Shown here one piece after another: positions 24,501 through 36,134 of a stretch of DNA of 64,000 nt. Origin of the DNA: Macrostomum lignano (lineage: Eukaryota); NCBI GenBank assembly GCA_002269645.1, contig NIVC01001504.1, forward strand, positions 186,001 to 250,000, read 5' to 3'. A program made the position numbers and the translations under genes. The notes beneath the pieces were generated by a model. The model was given only the letters and a program-made list of their open reading frames with translations, searched no databases and was not told the origin of the DNA. Position 1 is the first letter of the stretch, and each line of letters opens with the position of its first letter.

Positions 24501-27500
24501 AAAATTTCTTAACATATAAATGGTACATTTCACTTTCAAGACCTTTTCTACATTGTATATAACTTCAAGATTAAAATACATATAATCTATTTTAAATCAT
24601 TAATTTCTCAATTTAATGATAAAAAACTTTATTTAAACTGTTTAAAGTTTTATCTTATATGTAGCTAAGAATTTTTTTTATCTTTAAAACTAAATCTGAG
24701 TTTTCTAAGAGATAAATTGTCAGAATGGAAAAACTGTACATTGAATTCACAATTGAAGATTTATTCCATAAAAGTCATTTAACTATTGGCTATTGGCTAT
24801 TAGCTATTGGTAGAAAAAATATTATTAAAACTTGTGCCTAGCATATTTTGGCAACAAGAAATCTTTATTTTGATTGATTATAACTTCTTCTATGTAATCC
24901 TATAGAAATAAAACCTAATGAATTTAGTAGAAGATATTTTTGTTATTATTTCATTTAAAGTTTTGAGGGAAAGGTTAAAAGTAATGTTTAGTAATAGACA
25001 AAGTTTGAGTAATTTTTTGAGTAGATTTTGAATAAGTTTTTAAGCTAAGCTTACAATACAAAAAGTAGAAAAAAATTAGTCATTAATACTATTGCAATTG
25101 TAGTCAACTATAAGTCTCTAGCATATTAAATGCAGATATTGTTTAGGCAAAATCAGAATTTTGCATATTCATAATTGCTAGCATTAAAACAATAAAATAA
25201 ATAAGTTTCAGGATAAAAAAGAACCAAAAAGCAGAGGGAACATCTTTATGCTTTGCATTTTGAATTTATATATGCATATTATTGATGCATAATTGAAAAA
25301 AGACAATTTGACATTCTTCATTAAATTTAGTTAATATTTCGAGATTTAGTATAGGTGGATTTTTTTACTAAAGTTAATCACTTATTTTGTAAAATTTACT
25401 TTTGTATAAAAAAAAAGCTAAACTTTGTTAAACCAAGTTAGATTTTGTTAGATCAAAGGCAAATCAATTCAGTCTAGTCAGCATAAGTGAGGCAAGGTAG
25501 ATGTGAAGCATATGTACACTATAAGGCCACTCCCAACCCATCACTTGGTTGTCAGTTAAGCTCTCTTATTGATGCAAGCAATTACCAAATTGTCTTCATC
25601 AAAGCATCTCTCATAGAAGTTGTCCTATTTGTTATTAATTCACATACTAATGATGGTCTTGGGTAGAAGAATGTGGCATTTATATAGTCACCCAGTCTAT
25701 CCACCAATAACTAGATAGTCACCCAGTCTACCCACCAATGACTAGATAGTCACCCAGTCTACCCACCAATGACTAGATAGTCACCCAGTCTACCCACCAA
25801 TGACTAGATAGTCACCGTCTATCCACCAATGACTAGATAGTCACCCAGTCTACCCACCAATGACTAGATAGTCACCGACTATCCACCAATGACTAGATAG
25901 TCACCCAGTCTACCCACCAATGACTAGATAGTCACCGTCTATCCACCAATGACTAGATAGTCACCCAGTCTACCCACCAATGACTAGATAGTCACCGTCT
26001 ACCCACCAATGACTAGATAGTCACTGTCTATCCACCAATGACTAGATAGTCACCCAGTCTACCCACCAATGACTAGATAGTCACCGTCTATCCACCAATA
26101 ACTAGATAGTCACCCAGTCTACCCACCAATGACTAGATAGTCACCCAGTCTACCCACCAATGACTAGATAGTCACTGTCTATCCACCAATGACTAGATAG
26201 TCACTCAGTCTACCCACCAATGACTAGATAGTCACCCAGTCTACCCACCAATGACTAGAAAGTCACTCAGTCTATCCACCAATGACTAGATAGTCACTCA
26301 GTCTATCCACCAATGACTAGATAGTCACCCAGTCTATCCACCAATGACTAGATAGTCACCCAGTCTATCCACCAATGACTAGATAGTCACCCAGTCTATC
26401 CACCAATGACTAGATAGTCACTCAGTCTATCCATTTCCCTCCGCTCCCGCTGGCCCCGCAGTTTGCCTTGTCGGTTTTGTCGGCCACCTCGCCGGCACCC
26501 AGCGCCAAGCCGGTCGAATCGGTGACGCTCCAACAGTTCGCCAACGCGAGCCAGGCCTCCCTGAGCCTGGGCTGTCGTCTCCCTGGCAACAGCTCCGACC
26601 GCGTCACCTACGTAGAGTGGCAGGTGCACGGCGACACCGTCTGCCGGCTGTTTCTGCAGCGCAAGCCGATGGAATTGGACGAATGCCGAAGCAGTCTGCA
26701 CAGCCTGGGCATCGGCATTAACGACGCGGGGGTCCAGCTGGTGCTGGCGCCGGTGCTTGCCCGTCATGAGGGCCGCTACCGCTGCCTGGCGTACGAGGAT
26801 TCGGACTCGTACGAGCTCGTGACCAATGTGCTAGTGCGCGGTGAGCAACGGGAACTGGGATTTCATGTCACGTGACCAATATGCTAGAGCGCGGTGAGCA
26901 GCGGGAACTGGGTTTTCATGTCACGTGACCAATGTGCTAGTGCGCGGTGAGCAGCGGGAACTGGGGTTTCATGTCACGTGACCAATATGCTAGTGCGCGG
27001 TGAGCAGCAGGAACTGGGTTTTCATGTCACGTGACCAATGTGCTAGTGCGCGGTGAGCAGCGGGAACTGGGTATTTCATGTCACGTGACCAATGTGTTAG
27101 TGCGAGTGAGCAGCGGGAACTGGGTGCTTCATGTCACGTGACCAATGTGCTAGTGCGCGGTGAGCAGCGGGAACTGGGTTTTCATGTCACGTGACCAATA
27201 TGCTAGAGCGCGGTGAGCAGCGGGAACTGGGTTTTCATGTCACGTGACCAATGTGCTAGTGCGCGGTGAGCAGCGGGAACTGGGGTTTCATGTCACGTGA
27301 CCAATGTGTTAGTGCGCGGTGAGCAGCGGGAACTGGGGTTTTATGTCACGTGACCAATGTGCTAGTGCGCGGTGAGCAGCGGGAACTGGGGGTTCATGTC
27401 AAAGCGTGTATCATGACACATCAGCTTTAATTTTAGCATCCTAAATTCGGATCCCGAAGTTGGCACCATGTTTTTGCCACACTGGATGGCGTCATGTTTT

Positions 27501-30500
27501 ATTTGAATCATCAATAATGTCATAATTCTTAGTATTTGAAGACTCACGAGTTGTAAAACTCGAATAATCTGTAAACATGGAGTCTGCAAGTCTGCTGGAG
27601 TTCGAGTCTTTCGGACTACGAATAAAATAATATGATACCTATCTCAGTTGTCAGGATGTTTGGCAACAGAAAATCATTTATACACAACTGTTCTACCCGC
27701 TGCGCATGGAAATATAAATCCCATTAATCTTATTTTTGGCAGACAAGCCGTTCAAGCCTACCCGACTCCAACATGTGGATGTCGGCCGCGACTGGGTGCG
27801 CCTAGGCTGGGAGCCGCCGCGCCAGCAAAGCCACTTGCCTGTCGACCACTACGAGGCCGCCAGCTGGCCCGACCTCGACGAGCCTGACAGCCGGAAACCG
27901 CCAGCCGGCGTGACCTGGCAGCGGGTCCGTGACAACAACTCATTTTTGCACAGCCATCGGTTCAGCTACCTGTCGGTCTACACCTCCTACTGCTTCGCCG
28001 TGCGCGCCGTCAACAGCATCGGAGCCGGCCAGCCAGCCGTCCGCTGCGGCATCCGCACTAGGGGCCGGCCACCTGAGAGAGGCGCCGTCAGCGCCAGGCT
28101 GGTCAGCGCCAACGCCACACGAGCGGCCTTCGTTGTGGCCTACCAGCCCGACCGCCTGCACGGCCGCCTGCGTCAGGTGGAGCTGCTCTGCCAGCTGATG
28201 CGCTACCGGGAGCTCAACGTCGCCTTCGCACCAGAAGATCGGCAACTGTCGGCGCTGGGATTGAGGGCCTTGCTGCCGTCGCGCGCGTTTAACGATTCCA
28301 CCGAGCTGGTAGATTTCTACTTTAATCCAAGTTTACCTTGGAAATCCCCATCCCAAATCTCCCCTAATGTAATCCCCATCCAAATCTCCCCTAATGTAAT
28401 CCCCATCCAAATCTCCCCTAATGTAATCCCCCTCCAAATCTCCCCTAATGTAATCCCCATCCAAATCTCCCCTAATGTAATCCCCATCCAAATCTCCCCT
28501 AATGTAATCCCCCTCCAAATCTCCCCTAATGTAATCCCCATCCAAATCTCCCCTAATAAAATCCCCATCCCAAATCTCCCCTGATAATATCCCATCCCAA
28601 ATCTCCCTTAATCAAATCCTTATCCAAATCTTCCTTAATCAAATCCTTATCCAAATCTCCCCTAATAAAATCCCCATCCCAAATTTCCCCTAATCAAATC
28701 CCATCCCAGCATCCCCAATAACGTCGCACCCTAATCTCCCTAATTTTTCTCTTTTATAATCTTTAATCTCCCTAATGAAATACCGTATCTCTAATTGAAT
28801 CTACATTTGTATGAATTATTCATACAATCATAACTGATTCTGGCTCATACGCATACATCTTAGTTCCTATTCTGGAATTTCTTCCCTCTCATACAGGTGT
28901 GGCTTGCCGAAGATCTGCAGCCCTACAGCCAGTACCGGCTGATCATAAAGGCGTACAATGAGGAGTACGATGGACCGCCGGAAGTAACAAAATTCAACAC
29001 AACGGAGGGCCGTGAGTGCTTTCTCAGCCTTTCTCAGCCTTTCTCGGCCTTTCTCAGCCTTTCTCAGCCTCTCTCAGCCTTTCTCGGCCTTTCTCAGCCT
29101 TTCTCAGCCTTTCTCGGCGAGCGTCTTGGAAACAAATTCATTAAAGAAATCCATTTATTTGTCAACTTTTTAAATAAATCCTCTAATAACTGCCTCTGAT
29201 GTGCCGCTGACTCCATTGATAATTCCCTTTGACGTGCCGCTCACTCCGTTGATAATTCCCTTTGATGTACCGCTCACTCCATTGATAATTCCCTTTGATG
29301 TACCGCTCACTCCATTGATAATTCCCTTTGATGTCCCGCTCACTCTATTGATAGAATTCCCTTTGATGCGCTGCTCACTCCATTGATAATTCCCTTTGAT
29401 GTGCCGCTCACTCCATTAATAATTCCCTTTGATGCGCCGCTCACTCCATTGATAATTCCCTTTGATGCGCCGCCCCGCAGTGGCGCCGTCCCCCAGCCTG
29501 ATGCAGGAGACGCAGCTGCAGTTTGACACGAACGCCACTCTCACCTGGAACCAAAGACGGCGAATTCCCGGCCAGTTGCTATACTACAGGGTCCGCTACT
29601 CCCCCATCTCCTATCCGGCTGTCCAGTATCAGCTGAACGTGTCTGCCCAGCACAACCGAGTCGTGCTCACCAAACTGCAGCCCATGAGCGAATACCGGGT
29701 CTCCCTGGCCGCTGTCACCGGCCTGGGCCCGGGCGCCGAGTCCAACACCATCGTGGTGTCCACCGAGCCCAGCTGGCCCAGCTCGCCAAGGCAGGTGCAA
29801 ATCGAAACGGGCTTCGAGGCCGGCGCCGTGGTCTCCTGGGCGCACAGCCGCTTCACTATGCAGATTCCCAAATCCCGAAAGAGCTCGGGCATCCCACTCG
29901 AAGCGCCGGCTAGGAAATATCCCGCCCACCTGCTGGCCTTTCGCGTCAGCTGGGCCTTCCTGGACCCGGCCGGTCCCGGGGCTGCCAGCACCTTCGGGCA
30001 CATGGAGACCAAGCCTCTTAATGACATGTCCGGCTGCAGCTGCTCAGCCACGGACTGGAGGCCCCGCTCCCCCAGCACGCCCTGCCGGGATCAGCCGGAT
30101 CGGATTTGCGTGAGTTCTCAGACTGCATCCCCCCAGCATCCTCTATACTGCATCCCCCAGCATCCTCTATACTGCATCCCCCAGCATCCTCTATACTGCA
30201 TCCCCCAGCATCCTCTATACTGCATCTCCCAGCATCCTCTATACTGCATCTCCCAGCATCCTCTATACTGCATCTCCCAGCATCCTCTCTACAGCATCCC
30301 CCAGCATCCTCTCTACAGCATCCCCTAGCATCCTCTTTACTGCATCTCCCAGCATCCTCTATACTGCATCTCCCAGCATCCTCTATACTGCATCTCCCAG
30401 CATCCTCTCTACAGCACCCCCCAGCATCCTCTCTACAGCATCCCCTAGCATCCTCTTTACTGCATCTCCCAGCATCCTCTATACTGCATCTCCCAGCATC

Positions 30501-33500
30501 CTCTATACTGCATCTCCCAGCATCCTCTATACTGCATCTCCCAGCATCCTCTATACTGCATCTCCACAGCATCCTCTGTACTGCATCCCCCAGCATCCTC
30601 TATACTTCACCCCTCAGCATCCTCTATACTGCATCCCCCAGCATCCTCTATACTGCATCCCCCAGCATCCTCTATACTGCATCCCCTAGCATCCTGTATT
30701 CTGTATTCCTCTATTCATCCAAGGTGTGATCAGTGCCAATTATCCCATAATCCCAGGAGTGATCAATGCCACGTAGAAACCAGTGCAATGCTGAGTTTTT
30801 ATTGATATATTCCCAGTTTCACAGCCCTCCCTCATCTCTTACCCCCCCACCCTGCCAAACTCCAGGTGCTAATTCCATGGTCCCAGCTGGCCGCCGGACG
30901 CTCTCCGCCGGACGACTCAGGCGTGCTCACCCGGGTCAGCTTCTCCGTGCGCAGCGTCGGCCTGTCGCAGTGGTCGGCCGGCCGGCGCTATCCCGGCCAC
31001 GTGTCCGAGGATTGCACTACCGACATTCCGGCCGCGTACATTTTCCCCAAATCGGCGGCCTCCCATTCCACCAAGCAGCCGGTCATTGTGGGCGTCATTG
31101 TTGGTGGCTGCATCATGCTGTTGGCTATTGGGATCATCGCCTTCCTAATTTGGAAGTGGCTCTGCAGCCACCGTGGCTACCGCAGGCCGTTCGGCACTGC
31201 CATGGAAACGATGGAGTTCGTAGGTGAGGCTGCCTCTCATTGTGTTCTGCACCCTGTCAGGTCTTTGTCGCGTAGCCTTTATTGTACGCTTCAGGGTCAT
31301 GTCAGGTCATTGTACATATTAGGGTCATGTCGCGTCATGGAAGACTTTAGGGTCATGTCGGGTCATTAGACACTTTAGGGTCATGTCGGGTCATTAGACA
31401 CTTTAGGGTCATGTCGGGTCATTAGACACTTTAGGTTCATGTCGGGTCATTAGACACTTTAGGATCATGTCAGGTCATTAGAGACTTTAGGGTCATGTCG
31501 GGTCATTAGACACTTTAGGATCATGTCAGGTCATTAGAGACTTTAGGGTCATGTTGGGTCATTAGAGACTTTAGGGTCATGTCGGGTCATGTAAGACTTC
31601 GGGGTGGTTTCGGGTCATTGTTAATAATACTAGGGTTCGTGCCAGGTCATCGCGAGACTGTTGAACCAGGCACTTCAGGTCCTCTTGTAAGCCTCAGGGC
31701 CTTTTAAGTCAAATCACCCCTAAGTGCGGTCACCTTTGGTTCATCCCGACGCGAACCCGCAGAGCACGAGTACAACGGCACTCGCAGCTCCGGCTGCCGG
31801 CCCCAGTTCCGGCCGTACAGCCAGACGGAATTCAAGCCGCTCAGCATCCCGGATTTCAGGGAGCACGTGCTGGCCAGCCACGCCAACGACAACTCGGCCT
31901 TCCAGATGGAGTTCGACAGCGTGCAGCAGTCAACCCACCGGGACTGGCCGGCCCTGCACTGGAAGCAGCCGGAGAACCTGGCTAAGAACAGATACACAGA
32001 CATCTACCCGTGTGAGTGACACCTCAGGTGGGATGTGCGGTCAGCGCCTCAGTTATCTTCACTGACTCCTGTGCCACTCATCATGTGATCAACTTTAATT
32101 TCAGTTGATCACAGCCGGGTTATTCTGTTCAGCAATAGCAGGAAGAAGCGAGGGGACTACATCAATGCAAACTATGTCGACGTGAGTGGCTTGTTATTGC
32201 TCTCATTGCTAAAAGAAATTCCAGAATCCCAATAGCCATCCCAGAATCTCAACAGCAATCCCAGAATCCTAGTAGCAATCACAGATCCCAGAATCCTAAA
32301 AGCAATCCCAGAATCCTAATAGCCATTCCAGATCCCAGAATCCCAATAGCCATCCCAAATCCCAGAATCCTAATAGCCATTCCAGATCCCAGAATCCTAA
32401 TAGCCATTCCAGATCCCAGAATCCTAATAGCCATTCCAGATCCCAGAATCCCAATAGCCATTCCAGATCCCAGAATCCTAATAGCCATCCCAGAATCTCA
32501 ACAGCAATCCCAGAATCCTAATAGCAATCCCAGAATCCCAATAGCCATTTCAGATCCAGAATCCTAATAGCAGTCCCAGATCCAGAATCCTAATCGCAAT
32601 CCCAGATCCAGAATCCTAATAGCAATCCCAGATCCCAGAATCCTAATAGCCATCCCAGAATCCTAATAGCCATCCCAGATCCCAGAATCCTAATAGCCAT
32701 CCCAGATCCAGAATCCTAATAGCAATCACAGATCCCAGAATCCCAATAGCAATCCCAGATCCCAGAATCTCAAAAGCAATCCCTGTGATTTCTGATCACA
32801 AATCTCTGAGTCCCAATAGGAATCCCAGTGATCCAAATTCCAATCCCAATAGCGATCCCAATAGCCATCCCAGAATTCTAATAGCGATCCCAAATCCCAG
32901 ATCCCAATCTCAACCGCATTCAATACTGACCCTCCGCAGGGCTACCACCGGCCCAAGGCCTACATCGCCTGCCAGGGCCCGCTGCCGGCCACGTTCGACG
33001 ACTTCTGGCTGATGGTCTGGGAGAACAAGAGCAGCGTGGTGGTCATGATCTCCAACTTTGTGGAGCGCGGAAGAGTGAGTCGTCTGTAGGGCAATTAGAT
33101 GCGGCTGATGAAGCTTGGCCAGGGGTTTTATCGGGAATTATTAAGGCTATTGCTTGCTATAGATAATGCCCAATGTTTATTGTGAATTAAGAGCCTTGGA
33201 GCTGTGGATGAAGTGTTTATAGGGAAGCTGAGCTGTGGGAGAATTTCAGCAAGGCCGACCCCCCCCCCCGCAGCGCAAGTGCGACCAGTACTGGCCGGGC
33301 AGCGGGTCGCAGACCTACGGCCACATCTCGGTGAGGTTCATCAGCCAGGAGAGCAAGGCCGCCTATTGCCTGCGCAAGTTCGGCATCCGGGACACGCGGG
33401 CGAAGAAGTCCGTGAAGGAGCGGCTGGTGCACCACTACCTGTACTCAGAGTGGCCGGACTACGGCGTGCCCCAGTACCCGCTGCCGGTGCTCAACTTTGT

Positions 33501-35921
33501 GCAGAAGTCGATCAGGTCGTCTGATGACCACGGGCCTATTGTGGTGCACTGCAGGTGACTGCCCTGTTAATGCTCTGTTGATATATTGATACAGTAGCAT
33601 CTTTGTTGATAGATTGATACAGCAGCTCTATTGATATATTGATACAGTAGCAGCTCTATTGATAGATTGATACAGCAGCTCTATTGATAGATTGATACAG
33701 CAGCTCTATTGATAGATTGATGCAGCAGCTCTATTGATAGATTGATGCAGCAGCAGCTCTATTGATAGATTGATGCAGCAGCAGCTCTATTGATAGATTG
33801 ATGCAGCAGCAGCTCTATTGATAGATTGATACAGCAGCAGCTCTATTGATAGATTGATGCAGCAGCAGCTCTATTGATAGATTGATGCAGCAGCAGCTCT
33901 ATTGATAGATTGATACAGCAGCAGCTCTATTGATAGATTGATACAGCAGCAGCTCTATTGATAGATTGATGCAGCAGCAGCTCTATTGATAGATTGATGC
34001 AGCAGCAGCTCTATTGATAGATTGATGCAGCAGCAGCTCTATTGATAGATTGATGCAGCAGCAGCTCTATTGATAGATTGATACAGCAGCCCTAATATTA
34101 GCGCTGCTATTCCGCCATCCCCGCAAGCGCGGGCGTCGGCCGCACGGGCACGTACATCTGCATTGAGGCGCAGATCCGGCAGATTCTGCAGCAAAAGACG
34201 GTGAACGTGCGCGGCTTCCTGGAGCACATCCGGCAGCAGAGGATGCGCCTGGTGCAGACGGAGGAGCAGTACGTCTTCATTCACGACGTGCTGCTGGAGT
34301 TCCTGCTGTGCCCGGAACGGGAGGTGCCCAGGGACCAGCTGACCAGCTACATCAAGGGGCTGGACGAGCCCGGACCCTGCGGCTGCAGCAGGCTGGAGAC
34401 TCAGTACCAGGTGCGCACCTCGCTCACTCTCTTAATTCACAGTTAGCCTTTGAATAGCCACGCCCTGACCCCTAACCAACCCCTGCCCATTCCCCGTGTC
34501 TGATTCTCCCTAATCCCCTGTTTGATGCTCCCTAATCCCCTGTCTGATGCTCCCTAATCCCCTGTCTCCTGCTCCCTAATCACCTGTCTAATGCTCCCTA
34601 ATCCCCTGTCTGATGCTCCCTAATCCTCTGTCTGATGCTCCCTAATCCCCTGTCTAATGCTCCCTAATCCCCTGTCTCATGCTCCCTAATCCCCTGTCTA
34701 ATGCTCCCTAATCCTCTGTCTGATGCTCCCTAATCCCCTGTCTCATGCTCCCTAATCACCTGTCTAATGCTCCCTAATCCCCTGTCTGATGCTCCCTAAT
34801 CCTCTGTCTGATGCTCCCTAATCCCCTGTCTAATGCTCCCTAATCCCCTGTCTGATGCTCCCTAATCCCCTGTCTGATGCTCCCTAATCCTCTGTCTGAT
34901 GCTCCCTAATCCCCTGTCTAATGCTCCCTAATCCCCTGTCTCATGCTCCCTAATCCCCTGTCTAATGCTCCCTAATCCTCTGTCTGATGCTCCCTAATCC
35001 CCTGTCTAATGCTCCCTAATCCCCTGTCTGATGCTCCCTAATCCTCTGTCTGATGCTCCCTAATCCCCTGTCTCATGCTCCCTAATCCCCTGTCTAATGC
35101 TCCCTAATCCCCTGTCTGATGCTTCCTAATCCCTGTCTGATGTTCCCTAATCCCCTGTCTCATGCTCCCTAATCCCCTGTCTGATTCTCCCTAAACCCCT
35201 GTCTCATGCTCCCTAATCCCCTGTCTAATGCTCCCTAATCCCCTGTCTGGGTCTCCCTAATCCCCTGTCTAATGCTCCCTAATCACCTGTCTCATGCTCC
35301 CTAATCTCCTGTCTAATGCTCCCTAATCACCTGTCTCATGCTCCCTAATCCCCTGTCTAATGCTCCCTAATCCCCTGTCTGATGCTCATTAATCCCTGTA
35401 TCAAATCCCAAAGATGTCAAATTCACAAAAATCCCAACTAAAGCTCGACTGGGGTCCTCAGCCCCGCACCATAGCAACCAGTGCAGCTCCAACCCGCCGC
35501 TTCAACTCCCGCAGCTGTGCGTGTCCGAGCAGCCGTCGCCGCGTGACCGGATGGCCGCCAAGAAGCCGTGCAACGCGCGCAAGAATCGCTGCATCCTGCC
35601 CAGTGAGTCCGCGCTAGGTTAAACTATTCCTCCTGTTCACCCACATCAGTGATTTGCGCGCTTAGTTCTGTTTTTTTCACCTTCTCTGCAGTCGACTCCC
35701 GCCGCGTGAAACTGACGGCCGAGCCCGGGGTGGAGGGGTCCGACTATATCAATGCGTCTCACCTGCATGTGAGTGCGCTGCCCTGCCGCTGGGCTGGACT
35801 GACTGACAGACACACACACAGACAGACAGACAGACAGATAGACAGATAGACAGACACACAGACACACAGCAGAAAGACAGACACACAGCAGACAGACAGA
35901 CACACAGACAGACAGACAGAC

Positions 35922-35974
<53 letters not shown>

Positions 35975-36017
35975 CACAGACAGATAGACAGACAGACGGA
36001 CAGACAGACAGACAGAC

Positions 36018-36070
<53 letters not shown>

Positions 36071-36097
36071 CACAGACAGACAGACAGACACACAGAC

Positions 36098-36134
<37 letters not shown>

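Larger units (their letters stand above)
15700..25680. mobile_element. AT-rich, ORF-less block in PTP intron 1, probably decayed transposon-derived DNA (family not identified)
   Basis: Sharp compositional shift, extreme CpG depletion after ~18.1 kb, and embedded rRNA- and tRNA-like relics. No transposase or RT could be read. Confidence 0.35.
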
